Origin: Squalus acanthias
Taxonomy: Eukaryota
Assembly: GCA_030390025.1 (NCBI GenBank)
Contig: CM059431.1
Span: forward strand, 114,888,001-114,952,000
Direction: 5' to 3'
Length of the DNA: 64,000 nt
Part shown: piece by piece, positions 37,079-49,763 of the stretch
Numbering within the stretch: the first letter of the stretch is position 1
Layout of the letters: every line of letters starts with the position of its first letter
Notes under the pieces: model-generated
Seen by the model: the letters and a program-made list of their open reading frames with translations, nothing else
Told to the model about the DNA's origin: nothing
Databases searched by the model: none
Position numbers and translations under genes: made by a program

Positions 37079-37680
37079 CTGTCTTTGGGCAGCAGCCAAA
37101 ACCCCCTGCAGCCAGCAGCCAATACCGATTCTGCAGGCTTCTTCGGCCTGCACTTCCCTCCCCTCATTCCAGGCCTGCCAGGTGTGCGCTGAGGGAATCT
37201 TGGGCCTACGATAATGATCTGAATCCAGAAATAAAGGAGCACTCCACCTAACTTGTGCACAAACGGGAATCTGGAGGGGGAGGCATGTTGACCCTACCAT
37301 CAACAAGTAGAGAACTTGCTCGATCCCTTACCATGTTGCGAGAACCTGTTGATGTGGGGAAGAGAGAAAAAAAGAGACACCCTGTAAAGTAGGGAGGATG
37401 AGTTGAATAGATGGGACAGAAATCTTGTTGTGGGGCAGGGATATCTCTGGCTCTGTTGGAAGCAGGAGTTATGGTTGCTGTAGCTGCTTAGTGGCTCATA
37501 ATCATAAAACAAATTATCTTCCAGTCCCATGAGAGATCCACTAGTTCTTTTGAAATCCTTCTGCCACCATTTGATGTTGGTTTTACACATAATTGGAGTA
37601 CATTTAAGCCAAATTAGTAGTATAACACCAGGAATTTGGGACTCATTGAAGTTCATATCAGACCCTCAAAAATATCAAGA

Positions 37681-38364
37681 GGGTAGATTTTAACCCTACC
37701 CTCCAGGCAGAAACTGGGTGGGTAGCAGTTAAAATCCACCACGTCACTGACCTGCTGATATTCTGCCCGGATCCCACCATTTCCGATTTTTACCAGCACT
37801 TCTAGACAAGCGGCTAAACCATCTACTCGAAGCTGACGGGTCCTTCTTTAAATATACAGAGAGGGTGGGGGGGGTGGGTGTCTGATGATGTCAATGGATC
37901 CCAGCTGTATTTGTAACTCCGCCCTGAGCGGAGAAGCTGCTGCACCTTTCCCCAGGTGAAAGCCAGTCACGAGAGGATCGTAAGCAGAAGAGGCCATTCA
38001 CGGCAAGTTTTTGTTTTACCTTCCTTTGCGGGGCCAGGAGGAGCAGGAGTGCGTCTTTGGACCCCATCAGGAAAGTCCAGCCCTCCCCTTGCCCGGAATT
38101 CTCCCCTTCCCTACTGTGAGATGCCGTCGGAGCCCCCACCCCCGCACTTACCTGAGTACCGGTGGGCAGCCAAGGGGCCGCCTGATTTTTTACAGGCTGG
38201 CAGCCGATTCCCGCCCACTCCAGCCTGTTCAGGGCCGGAAGCCAAGCGCGGAATGTTAATGAGATTACATTGTCCATGGCCTCATTCTGCCGTGGGCCGG
38301 CAGGAAACCAACTCTCCAGCTTGATCTCCTGCTGGAAGCCTACTGCGAGTTAAAATCCACCCCC
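37681..38364. mobile_element. Harbinger-type MITE
   Basis: TIRs GGGTAGATTTTAAC and GTTAAAATCCACCC. Related to 4310-5092. Confidence 0.7.
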
Positions 38365-38744
38365 TACCTCCATCCCCATAAGGTCTGACTGTGTTATGCC
38401 AGGCTCAGTGTAACACTTAGAACAGACATAGTGTGAACGATTAACCCATTTATTAGCATATATTGAGCGATAGAGTTACACCAATAATGAATTTAAACCT
38501 GTATCTAGACAGGTGAAGTGAGGCACACACACATAAGTACCTACCATGCGCACACACACACAGAGTGACTTTGATCTTCAGTGAGGAGTATTGCACTTGC
38601 TCTGCCTGCAGTTATATAATGACAGTCCCAGTTTCAGTTGAAGCCAGAGCATCAGGTAATTTTATCCCAACAAATTTAAGTGGCAATGGTATTGTTTGAT
38701 GCAGCTTCATATACCTCTGGCCCCGCAGAAGAAGTGGGTCGCCT

Positions 38745-39032
38745 CTTTACCCAGAGAGTGGTTAGAATGTGGAACTTGCTACCACATGGAGTAGGCTGAG
38801 GTGCTCTTGCAGAGAGCTGGCGTGGGCTCGACCGGCTGAATGGCCTTTTTCTGTGCTGTAACCATTCTATGATTCTAGTTAAGGCGAATAGCATAGATGC
38901 ATCTAAGGGGAAACTCGATGAATACATGAGGGAGAAAGGAATAAAAAGATATGCTGATAGGGTTAGATGAAGTAGGGTGGGAGGAGGCTTGTGTGGACCA
39001 GTTGGGCCGAATGGCCTGTTTCTTTGCTGTAA
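38745..39032 (+). mobile_element. CR1 3' end with a second short CR1-type tail inserted (~38800-38877)
   Basis: TTTACCCAGAGAGTGGTTAGAATGTGGAAC...GGGCCGAATGGCCTG. The inner piece ends CTGTAACCATTCTATGATTCT. Confidence 0.75.
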
Positions 39033-39104
39033 TTACTATGCTATTCATATATATACCACCTATATAGTAGCAGTATAACAGCAGCATTAAATGTGCCCAT
39101 GAAG

Positions 39105-39330
39105 AGAAAAGCAGATCAGATATATGGTATTTCCTCCTTTCCTGTAAATGTTTACCCCCTTCTGTTCAGAATATCTACATCCTGTTTATGGAATACTCAC
39201 ATCCTGCTGTGATGCAAATATCAAAAATGTCTGTGGTGAGTTTTTACTTTGGAGTCTATGATCCAAACATGATGCATGCATGGATGACAACTCGCCAAGG
39301 ACTCCATTATACAAGAATGAAAAGAACAAA
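39105..39330. repeat. Right arm of the dispersed inverted repeat (partner at 33520-33762)
   Basis: See the left arm. In addition, GCAGATCAGATATATGGTATTTCC pairs with GGAAACACCATCTATCTGATCTGT. Confidence 0.8.
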
Positions 39331-39929
39331 CTAAACAGAGCGCACCTAATGTTTAGACAGCTGAACTAAGCACGTTAAATGCTTGCATCACACAGATACT
39401 AAAACAGCCTCCAGATCGGGGGTCTGCTCAAGGTTTTGTCATCGTTCCATCTGTAGCCTCCTGCTTCCCTGTATCACTTTGTCTTCCCTCACTCCCAGTC
39501 TTTCAGACTTCTGTTGACACTGCAAATTTTTATTGAGTAATACCTTAACTGAACCTGTGTATATTGAATTTCACCATCCTTCTTCCAGACCACTATGGAA
39601 ACGGCTAAAGCTTTTTTGGCTTGTAATGGTAATGTGGAAGTAACTGTTTAAAAGCTGATTCCTGTCTACAGCTTTAGCTAACAAAAGATTTTTTGGCCGG
39701 TGCTGATTTCTAAATTCGAAAAGTTAAACCGGTTGAAGCTTAATGTTTTCAACAGATCATTATTCAGGCTGCAAGTGCTGCAGTACTATCCTACTGCCAT
39801 TTGTTTAGTTATAATTTTACAGTTTTACTTTATCATTGCTGATTAAACTACCTCTCGCAGTCTGCTTTATGTGGCAAAATTCAGTCATGCAAAACACATT
39901 ACAGTACCCAACAGAGCATATTTCTGCAT

Positions 39930-40318
39930 TGTTTTCCCCTTCCACTTTCTCTGCTCCTGCCCTGAAGACAATGATTCATGTTGTCATATGGTTCCACAGG
40001 CATTGGCTGTCTTATGGCAATTTGCCCGAATAGTCATTCTTCATGCGTGAGTGCAGTGTTGATGGACTATTTGACCACGAAAGTCATCACAGCTGAGCCC
40101 AATGCCGGTCCTCATCTAATGTCCTTACACACACGCGCTCCAGCATTGGAAAGCAATCGGAAGCAGGACCGTGACGGATTTCTTTTTTCCTCCTTCGTCC
40201 AAAGGACTGCGACCACCAATTGCACTTTTCCCACTGACTCCCGAGCTGGGATCAGCTAACTGGGATCTTCCGAGTCCGTATGGGTCAGTACCACATGAGG
40301 AAGTCTATTTACTCATTG
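39930..40318 (-). mobile_element. Copy of the 47262-type SINE
   Basis: Reverse complement is collinear with 47262-47625 (GGAAGATCCCAG, TTAGCTGATC, CAATTGG, CATGAAGAATG, CTTCAGG). Confidence 0.6.
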
Positions 40319-40334
40319 ATGTCAAAATGCAGCT

Positions 40335-40783
40335 CACTTGAATTTCCCGAGTTTACGCCAGTTCTCAGCTGATTTGTAAATTTACACCTAAAATTTTAGG
40401 CACCACAAGACCCAAATTTATATTTCTGGTGTTTAATGCAATTTTTTTCATCAATTTATTTTTATTTCTCCTCATTGAGACCTAAAATGTATTTTCTGTA
40501 ACATTGAATGTTTATGGCATCAGACTGTGCATAAAAAATTCAAAAATGTGCAAAAATGATGGTTTGATAACTTCAAACTTTAATTTTCATGCACAAAGAG
40601 GGTCTTGAAGAAGGAATTATGGCGTCAGTTCAGTGTTTTACTCGGGCCCCGATTGTTTACGCTGATTTCCATTTGCTTTTTTATGTTCCGGCATTTGCTA
40701 ATGAGATGGTAAGATCGACGCAAGTTTTGGTATAAATATCAGCGTATCTTGTCAATTACGCTGTATCAGGAAATTCCAGGTCA
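40335..40783. mobile_element. Degenerate MITE
   Basis: Ends CTTGAATTTCC and GGAAATTCCAGG, CpG-bearing ends and AT-rich centre, like the other MITEs. Confidence 0.4.
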
Positions 40784-40869
40784 AAATTGTGGAAGATGTT
40801 TAATTATCCAAAAATAGATACGGATAAGGAAAATTTTTGTGGTGAGAAAGGGAAGTTTTTTTTTTTGCT

Positions 40870-41290
40870 GTGTGTTCAGGACTGTTTTCTCAGTCAATAT
40901 GTTGCTACTCCAACAGAGAAGGAAGCACTACTTGGCCCAGTTCTGGCTAATGAAGTGGAAAAGGTAGTCGACCTAAAAATAGAGGAACACTTGGGAAGCA
41001 AAGACTGCAATATAATTAGGCTCAGGGTAAGAACAGAAAAAGATAAAGAAAAGTTGAAGACAAGGGTACTTGACTGGGAAAAAAGGAAATCTTAGTAAGT
41101 TAAAATGGAGCCTTAACCAGAGTAACAAATGGAAGGAAAAATTGGCAAACAGACCTGTAGATCAGTAATGGGAAATATTTAAACAGGAGATGGAAAGGGT
41201 ACAAATCAAACATATTCTAAGAAGGATGCAAGGCAGTGTATTAAAGGGTGGGATTCCATGGATGAATAGAAAGATTAGAACAAATTTGAA
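40870..41290 (+). mobile_element. Old CR1 ORF2 fragment (endonuclease end and linker)
   Basis: VQDCFLSQYVATPTEKEALLGPVLANE...EHLGSKDCNII matches the CR1 QDxFLxQYV..PTR..A.LDLVL.N...EHLG.SDHN motif. Confidence 0.8.
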
Positions 41291-41671
41291 ATGGTTTCAT
41301 TTTTGAGTCTTCCAACCTTCTTAACCTAGATTATTTTGGCTCTCGAAACTTAGATCACTCACATTGGTGAGTCCCAACCTTGAGATCGAGGTAAACTTTT
41401 GGTGAAGCATCTGGGAGACAAACAGCAAACCCTATGCAGTAATTGCCTTCAGCTGGCGGACTTATGCTTTCATAAGATGTCACTCCAATATTTAAAAGTA
41501 ATGGAACGTTACGACAGACCTTGTTTTAAGTTAAAAATATCAAGTTGCTTATTTACAGTAGGCAACCTTCCACTTAACACCTCGAATGGACAAGATAACA
41601 AAAATGAAATCACAATTCTAAGAACTAAGCTAATCCTTTGGGATAACTTTTAAATAAATGCAGTATTTCTC

Positions 41672-42100
41672 CTTTACAGCCTTCCGGACTCAATATCGAG
41701 TTCAACAATTTCAGATCATAACCTCGGCCCCTACATATACATTTTATCCACCCTTTTGGTTCATGCCTTTTCCCTTTTTTTTCTCTCTCTCCCCCCACGG
41801 CAGCTGTCTCTCATTCTGCCAGCATTTCACACTTCACACTTCTAGCCACCTTTTGTTTCTTAACCTGTCCCATTACCATCTCGTCTTGCCTTGAGCATCT
41901 CTTAATGTCTCTACTTACCATAGACCACCCCTTTTGTTCTTTTATTCCTCCCCCCAGCCTCCCCCTTGCTTTTTTATCTGTTTCATTTCCTGCTTTTGTT
42001 CTCAGTTCTGACGAAGGGTTTCGACCTGCAACGTTAACTCTGTTTCTCTCTCCACGGATGTTGCCTGGCCTGCTGAGTTTTTCCAGCATTTTCTGTTGTT
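41672..42100 (+). mobile_element. 3' end of a second Penelope-like family with a mutated hammerhead motif
   Basis: LQPSGLNIEFNNFRS* (end of a GIY-YIG ORF), a pyrimidine-rich UTR, then AGTT-CTGACGA-AGGGTTTCGACCT-GCAA-CGTT-AACT and the tail CCTGGCCTGCTGAGTTTTTCCAGCATTTTCTG. Confidence 0.75.
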
Positions 42101-42867
42101 GTTGCAGTATTTCTCCTGTTGTTAAGGAATATTAACTTGATTGTTACAAATTCAGGGTATTGCTTTAGATACCTTCTTGCGTTCAGTGACATCAGTCACT
42201 CTCATAAGTGGATCCCATGCCCTTTACATGCTGAGGTTGACTCACACTTGCCAATATCTGCTGATCCAATCCCGTAACCTAAAGGTTGTAACTAAGTGTC
42301 CCCTTTGTCATATGAAGTCATCAGAGGAGGATGGGGGAATAGTGCAAATCTTTTGTCATCAAGAGAGACAGCAACATCATTGTGCTTGCCCCTGCTCCTA
42401 CGCTCCATGCCCATTGATCCAAGGTAGACTGTAGAATTTCTATCCATGCATTAGTACACCACACATGCAGGTAATAGAATTCTCCATGCTAGCTGCCATA
42501 TAACCCGATAGGCATATCCACCAGTGACTAACAATTTTTCATGCCCCAAAAGCATCCTTCTTTAGGACAAGTGTCAGAGATGGGCTGTGGATGGATGCAA
42601 TCCCACCTTCCAGCCAGCCACTTCTTGTTGCTCCTATGTCACCACCACTTGCTGCAGCTCAGTTGTTCTGTGTTTCATTCAGTGCACTCTGCTCAAAGCG
42701 ACTTTCTAAATTTCCTGGGGTGGTTACACCTGTCCTGCTACTCACCAGGGTGAGTTGAATGGCGTGATACGTTGTGAGGTGCAAGGTTTTTCCTCGTCAC
42801 TGTCCCCACCTCAGCTCTTGCAGTAGCTACGGAATTAGAAGGATAAAAACTTATCAACATGTCCTTA

Positions 42868-43157
42868 TTACAGGATTACATAGGATATACAGCACAGAAA
42901 CAGGCCATTCAGCCCAACCAGTCCATGCCGGCGTTTATGCTCCACACGAGCCTCCTCCCATCTTTCCTCATCTAAATCTTTCAGCATAACCCTCTATTCC
43001 CTTCTCCCTCATATGCTTGTCTAGCCTCCCCTTAAATGCATCTATACTATTCGCTTCAACCACTCCCTGTGGTAGCGAGTTCCACATTCTCACCACTCTC
43101 TGGGTAAAGAAGTTTCTTCTGAATTCCCTATTGGATTTCTTGGTGACTATCTTATAT
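42868..43157 (-). mobile_element. CR1 3' end
   Basis: Near reverse complement of 52165-52452. Confidence 0.88.
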
Positions 43158-43744
43158 CTTATACAGGGAGGGGTGGTGTGGGGGGGTGGGTGGAGGGAGT
43201 TACACTATACAGGGAGGGGCGGGGGGGGGTGGCGGGAGTTACGCTGTACAGGCTCCAACCTAAGGAGGTGATGCTGGGAAAGGGAGGCTGCTGGGAAGTG
43301 TACAATGCATCCTAATGGGAAACTAGACAAAGAATGTGTGGGTAGGAGGAAACATTTCCTGCTAGTAATAGTTGCTGAAGCACTTTACTATGAGGTCACA
43401 GTGAGGTCCTCTAATCTGCCGCTACTGGTGAGGCCACTGTACTTTTTCTGATGTGCAGACAGCACAGCGTCTGACTTATGCTGGGGTCCTCGGGCCAGAG
43501 GAAAATCGCCCCCATGCGGTTCTTAGCCAAAACTTTGTTCAGTGAGTGGTGTGCCTCCGATACATTCTGGAGTCTCCAGTTGCCCTCTACACCTCCTACT
43601 GCTGCACTAGATATCTGACACTGGTCACTGCACCCATGCTATGTGTCAGAAAAGTGCTGTGTGCTTGTTATATCTGTCAGTGCTGCGGTGAGACTTCAAA
43701 ATCTTGCTCTTCATTCAGCTGCCTGATGTTAGGTCTGATGTTAG

Positions 43745-43897
43745 GCCTCTCTACCTCTCTCTCTTCCTTTTTAAGACCCTCCTTAAAACCTACCTCTCAC
43801 CTGTCCTCATATCTTTTAATGTGGCTCGGTGTCAAATTTTGTTTCATAATCGCTCCTGTGTAGCGCCTTGGGACGTTTTACTATGTTGCTGTTGTTG
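43745..43897 (+). mobile_element. L2 extreme 3' end
   Basis: CCTCTCTACCTCTCT...TTAAAACCTACCTC...GCGCCTTGGGACGTTTTACTA. Confidence 0.8.
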
Positions 43898-45077
43898 AAC
43901 TGGAGCTTAAGACACTCTTTTTGTTTATATCCCCTCCTGTGTATTTCTGCATGAGCTGTTCATGATTCAACAAAGCATTAACAAACAAAAAGCTGCTTTT
44001 ATTCACTTTCTGTTGATTTTTTTAAAACCCATTTTCTGATCGGAACAATTCCTCAGTGCTCTCCCGGCAATCCATTAATGCTGTCCACTGGTATTGTATC
44101 CCTGTTTTTGCGTCTACCTTTTTTCTACTAATTGTTAAACACAGGAAAGTATGGCCCATGGCAAGTGCAGATGCTGCCCTGGAAAGCAGATTGCAAAGCT
44201 TCGTCTTGTGGGGCGTTCCCGCTGACCAACAGTGAGATTACTCCTTATGCTATATTTCCCACTTACTGCCAACCTCCACATGGAGGTAAACAGATAAAAC
44301 AATTAAATACAGCCCTCAAATTGCAAGACTCTACTCTTGCTGCAGACTCTTGCTGAACAGATCGGAGAATCGGGTGTGAAGGTCGGTGCACCTGACCTGT
44401 GGCGTGCCTGATTTTCTGGACATTCATTTTGAAGCTTTTAAGGAAGCTTAATTTGGGATAGAAATCTTGGGAGAACTGTAGCTCTGCATGAAAATATGGT
44501 GCTCAACAGGACAGTTTTATCATTACCTGTGTGTCTTGTATTTGAAAATATCTCTGTATATATTCGGTCATCTTACTTATCTCCAGTAGCAGTGTTACTT
44601 TGCCAGATTTCTTGTAGATAGACTTTTATATTTAAGGGAGTTTTTTTACTATCAAAATTTAATACAAACTGCAACATTTATTATTACTGTGGGTAGAACG
44701 TATAACCCCTATAAAATTTCCTCCTAGTACTGGTAGAGGAAGCACAGTATAAGAAGCACCCAAAATTATCTCTTAACTCCTTCCTCCAGGTTTGTATTAA
44801 CTGTTTGAGTGAAATCTTTGTCAGATTTCAGTATTCAAACCACTCTAGGCCCGTAAAATGGAATTTAGGCGAGAGTTTGCCTTTTTTAACTACAGTCCAA
44901 AGTCAGTATACTGGCTGTGATATATGATTTTTATGCAACAGCTCACTAAATCAAATAACCCACAGGAATAAAGTCACAAATTGGTTATCCTGGTTAGATT
45001 TAATAGTGGCATGGAATGCATAGACCACAAATAGCAGCTGTGTGTTTTTTTTTAATACAACATTTGAGAAAAATATT

Positions 45078-45177
45078 AGGGGCGGATTTCCTCTGTGGGC
45101 TATGTGCAAAAATCATAAATCTATTCATAAATAGGTTTACAATTTCACTACCCATTGTGCACAGAGAAAATCTCCTC
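45078..45177. mobile_element. Tiny MITE or hairpin element
   Basis: Ends GGCGGATTTCCTCTGTG and CACAGAGAAAATCTCC. Confidence 0.5.
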
Positions 45178-45251
45178 ACTATGAGTTAGGTTAGTTGCAC
45201 ATTATATTGGAGCACCAATGTACATTTTCACAGTAAAAGGGAATATAAATT

Positions 45252-46330
45252 CCTCTTCTCTCCCCACACATGTAATTTCCTCTTCCTGTCTGACATGTTC
45301 AGGTGCTGACAGCATTCGATTACCTTGCCCAAGCAGCTATTCATCATTTATGGGCTGTTTGCAAGCTATTGAACTGTGAGATCATCACGACCAAGTCAGC
45401 GACAACAACAACTTGTATTTATATAGCGCCTTTAACGTAGTAAAACGTCCCAAGGCGCTGCACAGGAGTATTTTAAGAAAAAAAATTGATACCGAGCCAC
45501 ATAAAGGGATATTAGGGCAGGTGACCAAAAGCTTGGTCAAAGAGGTAGGTTTTAAGGAGTGTCTTAAAGGAGGAGAGAGAGGTAGTGAGGTGGAAAGGTT
45601 TAGGCAGAGAATTCCAGAGCTTAGAGCCTAGGCAACAGAAGGCACGGCCACCGATGGCTGAGCGATTATAATCAGGGATGCTCAAGAGGGCAGAATTAGA
45701 GGAGTGTAGTTATCTCGGGGGGGGGGTAGTGGGGGGGGAGGGGGGGTTGTGGGGCTGAAGGAGATTACAGAGATAGGAAGGGGCGAGGCCAGGGAGGATT
45801 TGAAAACAAGGATGAGAATTTTGAAATCGAGGCGCTGCTTAACCGGGAGCCAATGTAGGTCAGCGAGCACAGGGGAGATGGGCGAACGGACTTGGTGCGA
45901 GTTAGGACATGGGCAGCCGAGTTTTGGATGACCTCAAGTTTACGTAGGGTAGAATGTGGCAGGCCAGCCAGGAGTGCGTTGGAATAGTCAAGTCTAGAGG
46001 TAACAAAGGCATGGATGAGGGTTTCAGCAGCGGATGAGCTGAGGCAAGGGCGGAGACGGGCGATGTTACGGAGGTGGAAATAGGCGGTCTTAGTTATGCC
46101 GCGGATATGTGGTCGGAAGCTCATTTCAGGGTCAAATATGACACCAATGTCTTCACATGTAACTACACACATGTGCTGACATTGCTAGGTAACAATCATG
46201 AGTTGGAATCCTGACTCATCTTTCCTTAACCCAGTTAAATCAGTACACACTGGGGAGCAGTCATGGGATCTTTCTGGTCCATAAATTTTAGTACCACACT
46301 GCCTGGTGCATTTACCCACTGTGCCACAAG
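45252..46330 (-). mobile_element. 47262-type SINE split by the L2 insertion at 45402-46147
   Basis: 45252-45401 and 46148-46330 continue each other when compared with 39930-40318. Confidence 0.5.
45402..46147 (-). mobile_element. Young 5'-truncated L2 LINE
   Basis: (CAA)n tail. ORF GVIFDPEMSFRPHI...LIHAFVTSRLDYSNALLAGLP. CpGs retained. Confidence 0.93.
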
Positions 46331-47261
46331 GGCTGTTGGGGGTTTAATGCACTGCCAGGGGAAGCTGCTTACCAGAGGTCAGAGAGGAGGGACGGTGAGA
46401 ATAATTGGAAAGGAAATGCCCCTCTTGTCATTCCCCCACTTAGCTGCAACTTGCACACATCTCATAACCATGACAGCCTGATATGTGGCCTGGGGAGATC
46501 AGGGGGTTGGGAAAAAATAAAGGAGCTCATCTCTAACTAATATTATGGGTTGAGCACTGCATCCATGGTAAAGAATTGGATATCACATTTTCACAGAACA
46601 AGACTATGTCAGATCAATTTTTTAAATCAGAGATTAACTAACCTATCGGACCACTAATAATCTCAGTACGGGACACAAATAATAACTTTGGTACATTTCT
46701 CCACAACATTATGATTTGTGTAAGTGTATTGGCATTTAAAATAGTAATTATGCTGAATGTCACGCTGCTCTTGTTAAGTGTCAAGCTCTGTATTTCATTA
46801 AATGGTGGAGCAGGTTGATGAATGAATAAAAACTTTGGTTTGTGTGGTTCTGGTAACAGTGCAGTTTTATAGCAGTTACGTGCTGTTCTGAGGGTTTGCC
46901 GTGTGTGCAGCACTTACCCATCTAGTCTGTGTTGTTTATCAGTTTGTATTACTGCCAGTGTGCTTAAAAATGCTTCCTGTCTTCAAATGATTTGACAAGG
47001 TTAAGCTGCACTGATGATACACAGTTGAGTAAAGCTCTGTGTCTTTTTTCTGTCTGTTTGTTTTCTTAAATAGATCCCTGGCAATAGCACTGACATGAAC
47101 CTAGAGTGCTTATTTTTGCAGTATGTCTTGAGGTCTGGTGAGAGGTACTGATTATGTGTTAGAACCTGGGTTTCTTAAAGGACTTACTTTGCAATGAGTG
47201 AGTCTGAGTTTAGGTTCACACATGGCAGCGGCGTTTAACAGAGCATTTTTGCTCCCATAAT

Positions 47262-47625
47262 TGCTCAGTGAGTTTATCTAATAAGTAGCTGAGACAGGCC
47301 GGGAAGGTCTCGGGTTCGATCTGCGGTTGCCGCTGAGTTAACTGATCTCAATCAGGGTGGTGTTAGGGCTGCTACAGTTGGCCTCAGGGCACCCTGTTTG
47401 CAGAGGACAAAATGGGCCAGGCTTCCTGTTCCTGATTGCCGTTCAGCGCTGACTGCTGGAAAATGTGGACATCATGTGAGGATAGGATTGGGCCAGGCTT
47501 CCATGGTCACATAACTTGCTGGCACTCACTGTTAAGGCACATACATAAATAATGGCCACTTGGGTGAGGTACCATTGAGTGACTCGCACAACCCAATGGG
47601 GAGTTGATGATTTCAGAGGAGGAGG
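47262..47625 (+). mobile_element. tRNA-headed SINE, family not named (best-preserved copy)
   Basis: A-box-like TTGCTCAGTGAG and B-box GGGTTCGATC. Five further related copies occur in the window. Confidence 0.6.
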
Positions 47626-47861
47626 GAAAGGAAGAGGAAACCATTTTGCAAAGAGGAAAAAAAGGAAAACATTTTGTGCTCAGGTGGAAAATTTGGTATT
47701 TTAATCAAATTTATTTTATCCCTATTTTGTATATTTTGTTTTCCAACTCCTTAGGTTCTCCTCACACAGTGCACCCCATCTAACAGAATGGAGGAACAAC
47801 CTGCTTTCCAGCCTCCAATCATGCCACTTCTCAATCCACCTCCTTGTGCTTTGGAGCAAAG

Positions 47862-49125
47862 TCAAGGACAAAATTAAATCTCACTTGGAGAAGCATGGGT
47901 GAATAAGGGTAAGCCAGCATGGATCTGTTAAAGGAAATTCATCTCTGACTAATCTGATTGAGTTCTTTGATGAAGTAACAGAGGGGGCTGATGAAGGTAG
48001 TGTAGTAGATGTGTATACGGACTTTCAAAAAGCATTTGATTACATACCACATAACAGACTTATTCAGAAAATAGAAGCACATGGTATTAAAGGGGCAGTG
48101 GTAACTTGGGTCTGTAATTGGCTAAGGGATAGGAGGCAGAGAGTAGTGGTGAACAGATGTTTTCCTGACTGGAGAGAAGTATGCAGTGGGGTCCCCCAAG
48201 GGCTGGTATTCTGACCATTGCATTTCTTGTTATATATAAATGAACTGGACTTGGGTATAGGGAGTACAGTTTTTGAAGTTTGTTGACAATACAAAACTTG
48301 GCAATGTAGTAAATAGTAAGCAGGATAGCAGCAGACTTCAGGAGGACATAGAGAGACTGGAGAAATGGGCAGAGACTTGACCGATGCAATTTAATGCAGA
48401 TAAGTGTGAAGTGATGCACTTTGGGAGAAACAGCATGGAGAGGCAGTATAATCTAAAGGGTACTATTTTGAGGGGGGTGCAAGAGCAGAAAAACCTGGGG
48501 GTGCATATTTATAAATCCTTGAAGGTGGCTGGGCAAGTTGAAGGCAATTAAGAAAGCGTATGGGGTACTTGGCTTTGTAAATAGGGATATTGAATACAAA
48601 AGCAAGAAAAACCTTTACAAATCATTGGTTAGGCCTCAGCTGGAGTATTGTGTGCAATTCCTGGCACCACACTTCAGGAAGGATGTCAAGGCCTTGGAGA
48701 CGGTACAGAGGAGATTTACCAGGATGATACCAGGGATGAGGGACTTCAGTTATGTGGAGAGATTGGAGAAGCTGGGATTGTTCTCCTTATGAGGGATTTT
48801 GACAGAGTAAGTAAGGAGAAACTGTTTCCTCTGGCAAGTGGATCAGTAACCAGTAATTGGCAAAAGAACTAGAGGGGAAATGAGGACAATTTTTTTCACA
48901 CACAGGGTTGTTATGATCTTAAATACACTACCTGAAATGATGGTGGAAGCAGATTCCATAAGAACTTACAAAAGGCAATTGGACGTGTATTTGAAGAGAA
49001 TTCATTTGCAGGGTTATGGGAGAAAGCTGGGGTGTGGGGGACTAATTTGGATAGCTCTTTCAAAGAGCTGGCACAGGCATGACGGACTGAATGGCCTCCT
49101 TCTGTGCTGTAAGATTCTATGATTC
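47862..49125 (+). mobile_element. 5'-truncated CR1 (HER1-like) LINE
   Basis: DFQKAFD, GVPQG, LVRPQLEYCVQF, LETVQRRFTRMIPG. Tail GATTCTATGATTCT. Confidence 0.93.
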
Positions 49126-49763
49126 TCAGTGACATTTGCATTGCTACATCTGGCTCAAATGTATCTTAGCCCAGACACAAAAAGAAAATAGGTCCAATTG
49201 CCAGCTGGATGAATAATTGACCTACTTTTAATTCAGCAGGCTTAACGGAAGTCTACATTTTTTTTTGGCTAATTTTACTATTTCAGGACATAGTTAAGAT
49301 TTGAGGAAGAAGCGCTCTTTCTATTGATAACTGTGAAGGGAAGTCTTATCAAGCTGGTCTATAATGAGCTTATGCTCACATCACAGTATTGCCTATAGTC
49401 CACTAGTTGGTGACGTCTTAGTTTGAATTTGTGTGAAATATATATGGGTGCGAGTTTTAACCCATTTTACCAGGATATCTAATTACAGCACACTGGACTA
49501 GCAGCCATTTACACTCTAGCCCACTTGACTGGTCCTTCAGCTTAAAGGTTTCAGTAAACATCATCACATTCAAATTCAAATAGTTTATCACCAAATATTT
49601 AATGTTTTCAGTCATTCTAACCACATGCTCCTACTTCCTACTGTTCTTGCCACTGAACTATCTGATATACAGGTATTAGTATTATTTCTGGGATAACATA
49701 AACAAACATAATATTGACTTACACCTACAACAACCATTTAGAAAAAATATTTTTTTACAGACT

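Noticed and set aside
38392..39080. Possible solo LTR (TGTTAT...ATAACA)
   Set aside because: The flanks are not duplicated, and a 6-bp inverted match can occur by chance.
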